DNA of 63,804 nt, filler included, from Choristocarpus tenellus KU-1152 (Eukaryota; Protista; Phaeophyceae), in the NCBI GenBank assembly GCA_964200185.2. It is 12 parts of 12 records of this genome, joined end to end, with 100 filler letters (N's around TTAATTAATTAA, not from the genome) between each part and the next. Parts side by side here need not be neighbours in the genome. Positions count along the whole stretch, not along the records: positions 1 to 17,752 come from CAXNAD020000630.1; 11 more parts are not named here. One strand, 5' to 3'. Of this stretch, positions 1-13,223 are shown piece by piece; the stretch's first letter is position 1, and the number at the start of each line of letters is the position of its first letter. A program made the translations under genes and the position numbers. The notes under the pieces are model-generated. The model searched no databases. It was not told the DNA's origin and saw only the letters and a program-made list of their open reading frames with translations.

Positions 1-3000
1 CTGTCAAACCGATCAAATCGCACTAAGTTGATAGCCTCCATGAGGTCCTGCAACAGGACACACCCAAGCCCGTTGGGGTTTATTGGTGAAGGGGGAGGGG
101 GGGGAGGGGAAGAAATAATTCATTTATATTAATATTAATATTAATATTAATATTTTCATAGGAGGTAGTTCATTTCAACGCAAAATTATGTCTGTAGCAA
201 CAGTAAATTGAGTCAGAAAAAAAAATGATAATAATAATAATAATAATTCTGTTTGGTCTTTGCATCCACGTACAGGCTCGTGTATCTCAAAACATTTCAA
301 AACACCCGGAAGTGCCATTCATAACCTCTACATCTTCATCGGAACATCATTATAATTTCCTGAAGGTGACTGAACTGTCCTTACGACTCTTTCCAACCCT
401 CTCCATTATACACACACACAAAAAAGGAGGTGTCTGACCTGGTGGAGTCAAAGAAAAAGAAAAAAGCTCCCTAGGCACGTGAGGTCTCAGAGTCAATAGA
501 TGACCAAATCAACTTCAGGTTCCCATAGGGATAGCAAGCGTTTTTCCACACCTAGGACTTGCTTCACCACCCTTGACTGCTGCTGAATGGTTCATACTAT
601 ACCTCATGAACTCGAGTGCTTGGTGTGTACTGTATGTCATCAAGAGACAATTAGACATGCTAGCATGACCAAACCCTGGTATCTAAGCACAACATTCTTG
701 AGGGCAGTGCACACTCCCTGAATCAGTAGGACCTTGTTGGAGGCAGGTTTTGTTCTGGTTGATGTTCCCCACAAAAATTGGAACCTAGCCCTAAAGGACT
801 TTAAAAGAGTTAGGGTTAGATCTCTCTTGCCCTTGATCACATTCCCACAAGTGTCCATAGTTAGTTTACAGAGGGACAAACGCAACGACTATCACGTAGT
901 ATAATCAAACAGATAGTATAGTGACTATCATGTAGTATAATCCAACAACAGATAGTATAATGACTATCGTGTAGTACAATAAAACAACAGACAGTATAAT
1001 GACTATCATGTAGTATAATCAAACAATAGATGTATTTAATGGCTATCTTATAGTATAATCAAACAACAGATGTATTTAATGGCTATCTTATAGTATAATC
1101 AAACAACCTACAGATTGGATACAATAAAAAATAAAATCAGACCCAAACAAATACAACTGAAGTGCATTCAATGCCTATCCATTTCACACCATTACATGTT
1201 TCTCAAGACATCACTCCTCACAGAAATTCCTGAAAAAATGTGAATTATACCTTTGCAGCATCATGACAAAAATCCATGAGTGTAACCCCAACCTTGACTG
1301 AGGTCTATTAACAGACCTAACCCTAACACTTCCCCCAAGAGTGATGTACGTCCAAGCGGATCCCACCAAAACCAAGCAAAATGCCACAGACTGACACATA
1401 GATACTTACCGCAATATTGGTGATAACGCCACTACAGAATTAGTCATTAACAGAACAACGAAGTGTGGAACATCTGACTTGAATTATGAACAATGATACT
1501 TGAATTATTATCAACACGATACTTGAAATATCACCATGATACTTGAATCACCATCTTACTTGAAATATCAACATGGTACTTCAATCATGAACATGTCACT
1601 TGAATTATCAACATCTGCCTTGACTTATCAGCATCTGACTTGAAATATCATTGGCCCTACAATAACTTGTGCATCAATGCTACCAGTAGAATCATGTCAA
1701 GTGGAATCAAGACAGACATGGAGGTGTCTGCTGAGAAAATTGCAAGTACATTTCCTTTATCTAAACCTCAACATCAGTGCTGTTTGTGATGAGACTAAAG
1801 GGGAGATACTGTGTCAGAAACTCCACAACAATAAAAAACGTAAGACCAACATACATCACACACATCAATTAACAACCCTAACCCTAACCCAGCTTACCAA
1901 GAAAAAAACTTTCAATAAAAAGTAGAACATATGTATATCTACAGTAGTGACTACAGAAAACAGGCTATAAATAAGATAAAACAGCTCTTGGTATCTCTGT
2001 ATTGTGACTCACCCTCCTCCTGCAATGTGAGATTGTACCTGTTGAACTGTAACTAACTACTTCAGTCAGAAAATACCTGGGACGTGGGGGTGTATGACAC
2101 TATATTTACTTTTCCCTTTGAATGTAGTGTACACAAGGTGCTTGGTAGGGCATTCCCACCCTGCGATCTTCTCGGGTGGATAAACTGCTAACAAAAAAGA
2201 CAGGAATGATAACATACACTTATTTCTTATTCTGAACACAAGGAAAGGATGCCAAACTATCGTTTTAAGCACCTGCTTTAACTCAAACAAATGTCAGGAA
2301 TATTCAACAATGCAGGGTGTCTTGTGTGTATTGTATGATCACAAATTCCAGTACATACACATGTAATATATATACATCTATATACATATATGTGTGTGTA
2401 TTGCGTGATCACAAACTTCAGTATAATGTTGCGAGATGCGAGGGTAACATGGACATTGAGTAATACAAATAATTGTATGTGGCAGTGTGTTTTAACAGAT
2501 TGAGTGAAGCTTCAAGCACCTGATTCTCTGTGAAGGGGTTCCTTTCCTTATCAAAAAGTTGTTCCAGCTCAGGCTGCAGCGCCTCTGCCATGTCTGATAC
2601 AGTCGTAGTGATGATTCCCTTAAATGCTTCCCTCAACTTGGGATACTGAGGCGCCACCTATATATATATATAGTTTTGAGTTGGGATAAGAAAAATCGTG
2701 AATATTAAGAAAAAAGCATGCGCCAGCCGGGAATCGAACCCAGGCCACGTGAATGGCAATCACGTATTCTACCACTGAACTACTGGCGCCAACTAGTTTG
2801 GTATTTCAACGTACGACGACAATATAAATGAGGTATCAGCCCCCGGTTCCAATCCGCACGTCGAGTTTGAGGTAACCCATACTCCCTCTATAGCGGAAAG
2901 AGATGCGTGATTCAAAAAATAATCACGTTCACAAAATGTTGCTATTAAGGAACTTACGGCAAATTTCATCATAGCTGGGTACTGTACACTATCATGAAGC

Positions 3001-4827
3001 ATTTTATATTTTCACCAATCCAACCCAAATGAGTGCCAACGACATGTTGACACATCCCCACTCCTGTCCTGTGTATCAGGTTAAACACAATTATGCCATC
3101 ACAAAAAAAAGGAATTACCTGCAGTTAGGAAATCCTTAACCAACCCCAAAATAGAAAACAACCTTCATGCTCAGAGCAGGAAGGAGTCCTGTGATTAATA
3201 TGAGAAAGACATCCACACAATACATCACTATTGTATCCACAATGTCAACCATGTAGATAACTGCAACCAGCATGTCCGGCAGCCTTACAGTAAGGAATGC
3301 ATTTATATGCAATAAACTCTTCAAAGGTCTAACAATTCTTCATCTAAGCAAGTCGCCAAGCCTCCACTCATCACTCACCTCACCCACAAGCTTAACAGCG
3401 ATGTTGAGGAGGGAGTTGCAACACTGGTTTCTGCATGTTTCCACAACAGGACGAAATTTCTCCACCTAACAACAACAAAAAACATTCGACACAAAAATAA
3501 ACAGGGGGAATTCCAGGAGTCAGCACCAACAGCACAGTATAAGGTGGGCAAAGAAATGCAGCAGAAATAAACAACTGTCCACGATAGCATTCTTCTCATT
3601 TCTTGCCAAAAACCGTTAGGGGAATTATTTACTAGTACTATATACTGAACATGCAAAGTACTCAATACAATGATCATTCCATGCCACAAGACAAATTCGC
3701 TGGATTTTTGAAGCAAAAACCCCCACTTGAAATGCAGCATGTGTTGGACACTACACATCACGACATGCACTTGATGAAAACAGTACATACAGCATTGCAC
3801 CACTTCTACATGACAAAAGTCTTCCTTTACAAGTAGTGCAAAGCTTATGACTGCAAATATGCCAACAGCATGCAATGATGTCACCTGCTGAAGCATGAAT
3901 ATGTAGAAGAACTGACCGTTCACAATGCCACTCAGCTCTCGGCCCCTACAGGCATGACACGCGTAAGCAGTTACAGGAAGGATTAGAGACAACAAAAAAT
4001 ATCAACATGAAACACACCAGACCCTAACCCTAACACTACATGAGAAACAATCAACGGGAATCAGCTGGAGATACATAACAAATGAACTACTCCCATGGTG
4101 AGTGGAAAGAGCTGTGCTTGGCAAAATAGATATGAGAAATATTGACAAAAAAATGACAGAAAGAGAATCAAATTTTCGTGCACCGTGACATCCATGGTAA
4201 TATGGCAACGCCTTTGAATATATACACATTCCTCCATGTGCTCGTGTGTATGCTTATGCAGTACACATTTATGCACATGTTCCTGTTGATATATATAGAT
4301 ATATTGGTATATATATTGGTATACCATGATACATCAACTGTGGTAAGTGGTTTGTCCTCAATGTAGGTGTGCCTAACCTGTGGGCTTTGAGCTGCTCCTG
4401 CAAAACTTTGGGGAAGTCTGGATGCTCAAAGCCTGGGTTCAGCGATGCTACCCCATGTTGCATCTCTCTGAAAGACCGGTCCACAACAGACCTGCATATT
4501 AGAAACATATTAGAAACATATTAGAAACATATTAGAAACATATTAGAAACATATTAGAAACATATTAGAAACAAGCCATCAAACCATGAGATACAACAAA
4601 GCATACGCCAACACTATCCCTCAGCGTTAGACGCCTCAGGAGGACAAGGCCAACAAGACACATCTACCAGGACACCTCCACCACACCAATAAAAATAAAC
4701 ACTCACATTTCACCAACCCAATGCAATACCCGTAAGCAAAAAGGTCAACCAACATGCTCCAACACAAACACTACACAGTCCCTTCACCTCCAATGATTGA
4801 AAGAGGTATGTTCTTTATTCTATGAAT

Positions 4828-4880
<53 letters not shown>

Positions 4881-7800
4881 AATATATATATATATGTATA
4901 CATGTATATATGTATATATGTATGTGATGTCAGAGAGCTCAAAGAAAAGCTTAACAAATCCATTCACTGGCTACTCTTGCCTTATTCGGAGCTCTGGGTG
5001 GGTGTTGAGTGAGACCTCCCGGTACTCCCCCTGGTAGAAACAAAAAAAGAGTCAAAAGTATATTAAAAAAAGAGGTCAAGAAATGGAATAAAAAGTCAAA
5101 CTTGTGTTTATGTCCGATTCGAACCCACACCAAACAGAGAGGTGGTATAATACAAACCAACACTGGAACAGGTGCATATCAAGGGGCAAACTATACGGCA
5201 TTATCATAGGCAACCTGAACAGGAGAGTGCTAAATGCAACACTTTGTCACCTTGATGCTGCTGCGTAGGATACGACAGAACTCTGAGACAAGGTGCACAA
5301 GAGTCTTAAGCTTGTCCGAAAACGATTGGGGGGCGCTCCTATTCAAGGGAACTAGCTCTCTCTGTACCTCCGCTGCAGTGAGTACACAGGACACCAAGGA
5401 AAGAAAAAGAGGTTACGACTAGAGTGCAATACAAACAAGTTAATAGGGGGGAAGGTGTGGTCACAGCACTGAGGACAAAGTACAAATGAGTTTAGAATTG
5501 CTTATATTTTGGTGACCCCAAACATTCAATACAATGCAGAAAAAAAGACAATCAATTGGAGTCATCCTGTACAGGATGGGCTATTAGAGATGAAGCCATA
5601 AGTCCTAGTGTGTGTGTGCATGTGTGTTGTGAGACCCCAGAAGGTGCCTTAGGGTTAGGGCCCATACACCATCTACAAAAAAAAATCAGGATAATTACAG
5701 GACTAGCAGTTAACCAGACTGTCTGACCAAACTAGGTCTGCAGCCCAGCCCACAACCCAGTCCAGTTGAAAACCCTCATGTTCCCATACCGACCCTGTTT
5801 GAACAGTTTAGGGTTAGGGCTGTACTGGCCAGGGTCTGTCCACAGCCCAGTCTGGTCCATATCTCTATGTAACAGCGCTGGACCGGTCCTGCAAAAAATA
5901 TATATCAGGGCTTGGCCCATAGCCCAGCTTAATTCAAATTTCTGACAGCCCTGGATAAAGTGGCACCACCCAGTCAAAATGAGTCAGGCCAACCCCCAAA
6001 TTGTCCCAAATACATGTAGGAATAAATATAATACATCCAATCCCTTCAGCTGCATATGTTCTTGTCATCCCGGGTCGGTATCAATAACCCATGATTAAAA
6101 GGGTCTGTGAGTCTACCAACAGTCCACCGGGTTTACGATCTTTGACAGTTACGGACTGACAAGTTGACCAATGTTTCGCCAAAGCCAGACCACCATTTCA
6201 TCAATTTGAAATCTATGACAGTCCTGGACCTGCCCTGTTGTCTACCAAAATCATATATCACCTCGGCTGTCCTGGAACCCTGTCCTGTCACATCTACCAA
6301 CTCTAACCCTAACCCTAAAACAAAAATGTGAACATCAGTAAAAGAATAGAGCATAGAATAGAGAGTAGAGAGCATACAGAGTAAGGCGGCAAGTTAGTTC
6401 CATCAACAGCCCAATAGAGACAGTCAAACAAAGGACAATACATAAAGTGTTCCCACCCATTGAAGGCGGTACACCCCAACCCCTCGCCTTGTCTCTCCTG
6501 AAGTTCCCACTTCATATTGGGAAGGGCATCCTTGATTCGCACTGTCAAGAGAGATACCAACCTCTTAGTCAAAGACTCCACTCCGAGGAGAGACTCGTCC
6601 ACCTGACAAGGGTTAGGGATAGTAAGTGAAACATACAATCCAAAATTCACCAACATGAACAGAAGGGGATTCATAAAGCTATATACTTCATCCCCACAAG
6701 GCTACATTTCATCCCTACAAGGCCACATTTCATCCCTACAAGGCCATACTTCATACCCACAAGGATACACTTCATACTAACAAGGCTGCACTTCATACCC
6801 ACAAGGATATGCTTCATCCCCACAAGGCTACACTCCATCCCCATAAAGCTACAGTAAACAAATGTGCAGTAGTTGACCTCATTACTGCCTGGAGCAGTGG
6901 CATGTTATTCCAGCTCTTCAAGTCTATTCTGTGTATTAGTAAGTACTGAGGTTGTTAAGCTGTCCTTGACGATCTGTTGTTCCACACAACCAGTTACATC
7001 ATTGTTTATTAGCTTGTATCACAGTTGAGAAGAGAGTGAGACACCATCACCAGACAGGGTTCACCAAACCTTACAGCAAATAACTCATAACATCAAATGA
7101 CCCGACAGTCCTCTAGCACACTTCAGAAAACATTCCTATTCTAACACTCCTATTCTAACAATCCTATTATAACATTCCGAAAAACTTTCTTCTGATCAAA
7201 AACCCTAACCCTAAGTATCTCGAATGCCCCGCATCATCGTCTGTCCGTACATAAAGTGTTCATTCAAATCATGTTCTCACAAATGGTCAACCATAATCTT
7301 GACACAATCCCCTGCTCTGACTATGTAGTGAGAACCAAATCAGTCCAAGACAAACTCCCAACATCAAATCAACTCAATCTGCACACTTCAAATCTTATTC
7401 CCACACATGGACAAGCAAAATCTTGACACACTCCCCATCTCTGTCCATGCATCATGAATCTAATGAACTCAATCTGCACACTACCCCTTATTCACAGTGT
7501 ATGACAGTTCTAGAGTGGAATTCAAACAAGTTACTACTCAAAGCCTTATACACAAATCTCTCTCTATGTTTTTCACCTGAGTTTACATACACAACATGGA
7601 GATTTGTTTATGAAGGCTTTGAGTAGTAACGTGTTTGAATTCCACTCTAGAACTGTCATGCACTGTGAATAAGGGGTAGTGTGCAGATTGAGTTCATTAG
7701 ATTCAGGATGCATGGACAGAGCAGGGGAGTGTGTCAAGATTTTGAAATATCCTTAATGCCCCGCATCATTGTCTGCACGTACATAAAATCCTAATTCAAA

Positions 7801-10800
7801 TCATGTTCTCACAAATGGTCAAGCATAATCTTGACAGAGGTTTGTCCAATACACAGCACAATATATACACTGCACACCACAGGAGAACCAATAAATGTTT
7901 ATATATATATGTATATATATTATTATTATTATTTTGCACCATGTCCACGTTAAAGTGACACATGAAAAAAATTACAAACTCTAACCCTAACCCTAACCCT
8001 AACATTATAACAAAAAAAGCAGCACACCTCATTCAAATTGCTGCTTCAAAAGGTGGGAAAGATTGGTCCAGCAAAACTTAGCACAGCTAACCCTAACCCT
8101 ATTTGTCTAGCTTGATTGTCTTCACTGAACGCACAGAAGACTGAAGCAAAAAATATCCAACACCGCTGCAGACACCATGTATCATACTAACATATTAACA
8201 TGCTAATAAAATAATATAAGCATATAAACATACTAACGTATTAACATGTTAACAAGCGAACATATTAATATACTAACATACTGACATATTAATATATTGA
8301 TGTATTAACATGTTAACAAAGTAACATAATAACACATTAACATTCTAACATAACAACATACTAACAAACAAGCATACTAACATACAAACATCACACAATG
8401 CACCACAACCCCTGATGCTCTCCAAGTATAGCATTCCTTCCTTCTAAACCCAGGGGGAGGATAATTTACTTTACTTCACCTGCTTGAACACACCATGGGT
8501 ACGGAAGAACTCCATCTCCTCCTTCTGAGCTTCTTGGAGGGAGATGCCCTTTGACAGTTGCTTCTGATTTCGGTTCTGAACACAAAATAAAAATAAACAA
8601 AAATAAACAAATGCAGGCAGCAGGGGAAATGATCTCTTGGTCAAATGGCTGGGAAACCCTAACCCTAAGGCGACACCAAAATGAGTAAAAAACAATAATA
8701 ATAATAATAATAATAATACCAAAATTACGTACCTTCGCGGGATGATGTGAGGTGCTTAGCTCACACACGCCAAGAAAAATAATACAAAAACCATGAAGAG
8801 TTTGTCAGGGTTTGGACCACAAAAAAACGAAAACTTGAAGGTGCTACAGAGAGGTCCCAACCTCTCAGGCAATAGCTAACATGAGCGCAATGCCTCAGTC
8901 ACCAACTTCTCAGCCACCAACCTCATAGTCAAAACCGACTCAGCATGCCTTCCAAGGTGCTACAGAGAGGTCCCAACCTCTCAGGCAAACGCTAACATGA
9001 GTGCAATGCCTCAGTCACCAACCTCTCAGTCAAAACCGATTCAGCAAGCCTTCCAAGTACGAAGTGATAGTTACCTTGACCATCACGTATCCAAGCTTAA
9101 GTGGCTTCCTTAAGTTGTTGAGCACATCCAGCACTTCTCCCTCTCCCCCGGGGTTGATGAGGTCTGGCTTTGTCAACACTCCGATAGTACGATCGCCACT
9201 GGGGTCCACCTACGACACACCGAATAGGAGGGACAACAAAAAGAGTTGCAAAACATTGCTCGGCATTCTGTTTCGGGACACAGTGCAAAACCGCAACACT
9301 AATAAGGAGGCGAAGGGTGGGATTACAGATGACCACACCGCTTCCCCTATACCACTAGCAAACCACACCCAGGTCAGAACCATTGCAACCCACCTGCTTA
9401 GCCCTCTCAAGAATATCCACTGTGGCAACATCTTGATTGGCAGGCACAATGGCAAGGATGATGGTCCGCTCTGAGGCAAGGTAGCTCTCAATCAGTCCAT
9501 TTACCTATTGACAGAAGGGTTGGAAACAGGCACACAAAAACAAAAAAGTTAAAACAATATATATATATATATATATAAGAGAATGCATACACCATATAGT
9601 GTTCTGAACTGAGTTGTGCCAACTTAACTGGTATGATTCGACTGAGTTGTGATTGTGATGAATTGAAACTGGAACTTGAGTGATGATTTTTGATCGGTTA
9701 TTTTTTTCAGGGTTAGGGTTAGGGTTAGGGTTAGGTGAAGCGTGCGTGCGGCTTGATTTGTTTGCTGAACAAATGCATGCATAGATGCATATAGACATAG
9801 GGTTTGATCAACTATGGTGAAGTACTCCTAAGTACATAGAAGCGTCTCAAGCCGGTTTACCTCACACAAATAGATTTGATTTCATTTGATTTATTTTGGT
9901 TTACAATACAGAAATATACCCCCATTTTTCTACAGCTCTCTTTGGAAATAAATTCCTCACACACACACACACACCAGGACAGAACAGGACAGAACAGAAC
10001 AGGGAACCGTACCATAAAATAAAATAAAAAACATAACACACTTCCTCTAAGGGTTAGGGTTAGGGATGGGGTTAGGGCTAGGGTGAAAGTGGCACTCATT
10101 GACCACATCACGTTTCCCATTCTTGAATCATAGATTCAAACACCTACCTGCTGACTACATACCGCAGATAAACTACGCACCTCTCATGTTGAACCTAAAG
10201 GACATCTATAGGGAAATTAAAGAGTGTGCTCTGGGATTCAAATCTAGCATCTACTAGTGAAGTAAGGGTTAGGGTTAGGGGTACATAAGAAGTAGTCCCT
10301 CTGTCACCTCCCAACATCGGTTAGGGTTAGGGTTGGGGAAAGGGACCTCTTCTGATATGTAGTCAATCAGGGATACAATACATAAAAAAGGAGGCGTGTT
10401 GATTTCCGAGAGGGGTATACCTAAAATTGTAAAAAAAAAAAGAAGAATATATGTTAAAAAGATAAGGCAAGTACCAGGCCGAGAGAGCCTTATCTTGCTT
10501 TCACTTACAGGTTGTATGGTATGCTACAAGGGTTAGGGTTAGGGTTAGGGTTAGGGTCAGATTGCAGGCATCACAACATATTGTCAAGCATCACCATAAT
10601 GACAAATGGGGATAGGGATAGAGACCGGTGCCTTAACCCTAACCCTAACCCACAATGACACTGCCCCACACAGCACCCAAAGAGCAAGGAGGATGAGCCA
10701 GGGTTAGCATTACAACAGGGAGTTTAGGGTTAGGGGAAAATACTCTTAGTACAGAATTATTCCTTCTGTCCTTCTAACCCTAACCCTAAACTATAATAGA

Positions 10801-13223
10801 GTGTAGGCAATAGACTACTAGACTTAGGGTTAGGGTTAGAGGAAGGACTCCAAAAAATCAGAAGACATGAATCATAGGGAGCAACACGCATCAGCAAATC
10901 ACATAACAGAACAACAGAACACTAAAAAAAACATATTCTCAATAGCCAAGTCCAACAGATTTCTCAATAACCCTAACCCTAACAAAATTCATAACGACAT
11001 CGCCACAAACACACTCCAGGATACGTCAAGACCCCAAAACCAACCCCTTTGACGCCCTTTAACTCCACAATGTACTTCACCTCCAAGATGACTCCCTGGC
11101 TCTGGCCCTTGACAGCAGTCCGCACTATGCCAGGTAGGTCAATAAGAGTAAGGTCAGGGCAATCTGGAGAGGATATCTCAAGGTTGATGCTGTCAGTGCT
11201 GAAGCCATTAGCCTGGCCATTACACACCTGGCACACAACAGGAAAAAGAAATGTGCAAGAGCAGCATCAGAAACTGTTCTTTTTAAATATTATTTTTTAA
11301 ATGTTCTGACACTTATCACTTCGCAGATAGGAACACAAAAGAGCCAACAGCATGCGTAGTCAGCACGGCCTTCAACTCAATACAAAAGATTCCTACAAAA
11401 GAAATTGGGGGAAACTCCTTCACGAGCACCCTTTGCCTTTGCTGAACCAAAAAACACAGGACACGCCATTGAAGGTGGGCAACTGCAGTATGTGCAGTAT
11501 GTGCAGTATGTGCAATATGTGCAGTTAGAAACTAGTAGCTGGGTCAAAATGTAAGCACACAAGATGTCAATCAACACATCATGTTGACAACTCATGATAC
11601 AACCCTAACTCTAACCCTAACCCTAACCCTTGCGCCATCATATTTGACATTTGAATGAACACTTTGAATCTGACTCCATAAATACAATGCCTTTACAATG
11701 AAAATACAAAAACTACGTGTCTCAAAGGGAGGTAACATCATGTCAACATGCCCTCAGCAAAAAAAAGCACGAACAAAAACTTACACCTAACCCTAACCCT
11801 AACCTTAGCTCAATGAAATCAAATTGGAAATGACACAAAACACCACTCACCGCATTCATGAGCTTTTCAATCACTCCAACAAGTAAGTTTGGCGAAGATA
11901 CCTCGCCAGCACCATGGGGCTGACTTCCCCCAGTCTGTCTATGCCAAATCACACTAGCCTTACCTGATAGGGGTGAACAAAAGTATTGGGTGTAGAATGC
12001 GCTGCGCACTTCTTTTTTTTTTAACTTTCAGCGAGATGAACGTAATCACTCATGTTTACCACCGCAAGACCTTTGAGTAAACTGCAACACAATCACACAA
12101 ATAAACAAAAATCCACAATGGAATTTTGTATCGAAACACTGACTGCATTCGGACCATAGGGTTAGATAAACCCTAACCCTAACCCTAACCCTATATTTAC
12201 ATTTGGACATTACTAACCAGTGAGAAAAAATCTGTAGACCTGCACATATGTCTCAACCCTAACCGCTATTTCCATCTCAAAATATCGTTACAAGGGAAAA
12301 TTAAGCCGGAGAATTCACAGAAAAATCTTGTTGAACTGCATCACATCAAGAATCACGAATCGACGTCATAGAACTTTGTAAGAAAAAAGGTATACCCTCG
12401 ACATGACAGAGCTGTGAGAAGACCTGGTCCCCTCAGATTGGGTTCATTTTCCTGGTGGTGGGTTAAGGAACAAACTCATATCCTCAGTACTTTTACACCA
12501 CATAACAACCTTGCACAAAAACAATTGTGCATAGTGCCATAGTTGCGTGAGATATTTTCAAGCAAATACTCAGGGGCAGAGCCTCACCCTTCCACTTCTC
12601 TCCAGGCTTTGATCGCTTCATGATAAGCTGCACTGGACAGCGTGTTACCAAGCCAGATCCCCTGGGAAACTGGATGCCAGAGAGGGCCTCCAGCACTGAA
12701 CTCTTCCCGCACGATTGGTCGCCCATGACAGCAATCTAGAGTACAAGAGGAGGTATTTGTATGCACACACATCACGGCGATGGAGTAAAGCTAACGTCCC
12801 ACGCAAATGTCGAAGTCGTGAAGAGTTTTGAAAAAAACTGATGTAATGAAGCTAGGGCCAGGGGCCCTTGGCTTTGAGTTGAAAGATAGACTTCATGGTT
12901 ACAAAGTCTGGTAACTAAATATATTGTAAAATGCATTTTGTCTTGACTGATAATTGCTACAGGTGAGTATGGTGTTGTGGGGTACAGACTCACTGATGAA
13001 GCCTCTCTTGAGATACCCAGTTCACGGGTTAACCCACCTGTGGGAGGCTGAGTTCGTCTTGAATGCCTTGGTTACGAAGAGCGTCCACCAGGTCCAGCCA
13101 AGGGCGGACCTCTCTTTCGATTGCTTCATCCAGCTTGTTCACTGCGCTGCTACCGTTGGTGGTACTGGCATCGCTGGACTCATCAATCTGGTTCGCAACG
13201 TCGTCATCGGCCCCTCTGACATC
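1..13223 (-). CDS. Mx-like dynamin-family GTPase, multi-exon. The 3' end runs off the window and the start exon was not identified. Exons: 13038-13223, 12588-12735, 11851-11963, 11081-11227, 9394-9504, 9075-9209, 8480-8575, 6488-6602, 5251-5372, 4981-5030, 4378-4491, 3885-3945, 3379-3465, 2520-2657, <1-47
   Basis: Spliced exons join in consistent phase. Dynamin motifs: [23 protein letters not shown] (G1), VTRCP (G2), LTLIDLPGI (G3), [10 protein letters not shown] (G4), [13 protein letters not shown], and middle-domain RGREL. TKPD and the overall pattern are Mx-type. Confidence 0.93.
887..1107. repeat. Minisatellite, ~6 copies of a 36-40 bp unit (gactatcatgtagtataatcaaacaacagatagtataat)
   Basis: Tandem units visible directly; no unique spacers. 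Confidence 0.9.
1470..1650. repeat. Degenerate ~18-20 bp tandem repeat (catgatacttgaattatcaa-like)
   Basis: Recurring acttgaa(t/a)tatca core. Confidence 0.75.
2719..2789 (-). tRNA. tRNA-Gly (anticodon GCC), in an intron of the Mx-like gene
   Basis: Reverse complement is GCGCCAGTAGTTCAGTGGTAGAATACGTGATTGCCATTCACGTGGCCTGGGTTCGATTCCCGGCTGGCGCA. It has acceptor stem GCGCCAG/CTGGCGC, A and B boxes, anticodon stem CGTGA/TCACG, and an oligo-T Pol III terminator just downstream. Confidence 0.96.
4495..4572. repeat. (catattagaaa)n, 11-bp unit x7, directly at a splice acceptor
   Basis: Exact tandem copies. Confidence 0.92.
5698..5953. mobile_element. Possible hAT-type non-autonomous element in an Mx intron
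   Basis: Imperfect TIRs CAGGACTAGCAG...CTGACAGCCCTG. Flanks gataatta / gataaagt resemble a decayed 8-bp TSD. Internal repeated gccc/gggc motifs. Confidence 0.4.
6680..6852. repeat. Minisatellite, ~22-bp unit (cttcatccccacaaggctacac), ~8 copies
   Basis: Tandem units visible. Confidence 0.88.
7416..7744. repeat. Long inverted repeat (arms ~145 bp, loop ~38 nt) in an Mx intron; candidate hairpin/miRNA precursor or foldback element
   Basis: caaaatcttgacacactcccc...acaaatctc (7416-7560) is the near-perfect reverse complement of gagatttgt...ggggagtgtgtcaagattttg (7599-7744). Confidence 0.92.
8838..9056. repeat. Tandem duplication of a ~100-115 bp unit (aaggtgctacagagaggtcccaacctctcaggcaa...)
   Basis: Two near-identical copies. 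Confidence 0.88.

Noticed and set aside
887-1107. ~37-bp periodic repeats resembling a CRISPR array (also 6680-6852, 23756-23842)
   Set aside because: The units are contiguous with no unique spacers, there are no cas genes, and the context is a eukaryotic intron.
1250-1305. Exon-like segment [18 protein letters not shown] in the last Mx intron
   Set aside because: ENQ|[11 protein letters not shown] joins cleanly without it, and there is no homology support.
3375-3995. 206-aa minus-strand ORF
   Set aside because: Only [20 protein letters not shown] is a true Mx exon in this frame; the rest is intron or out-of-frame read-through.
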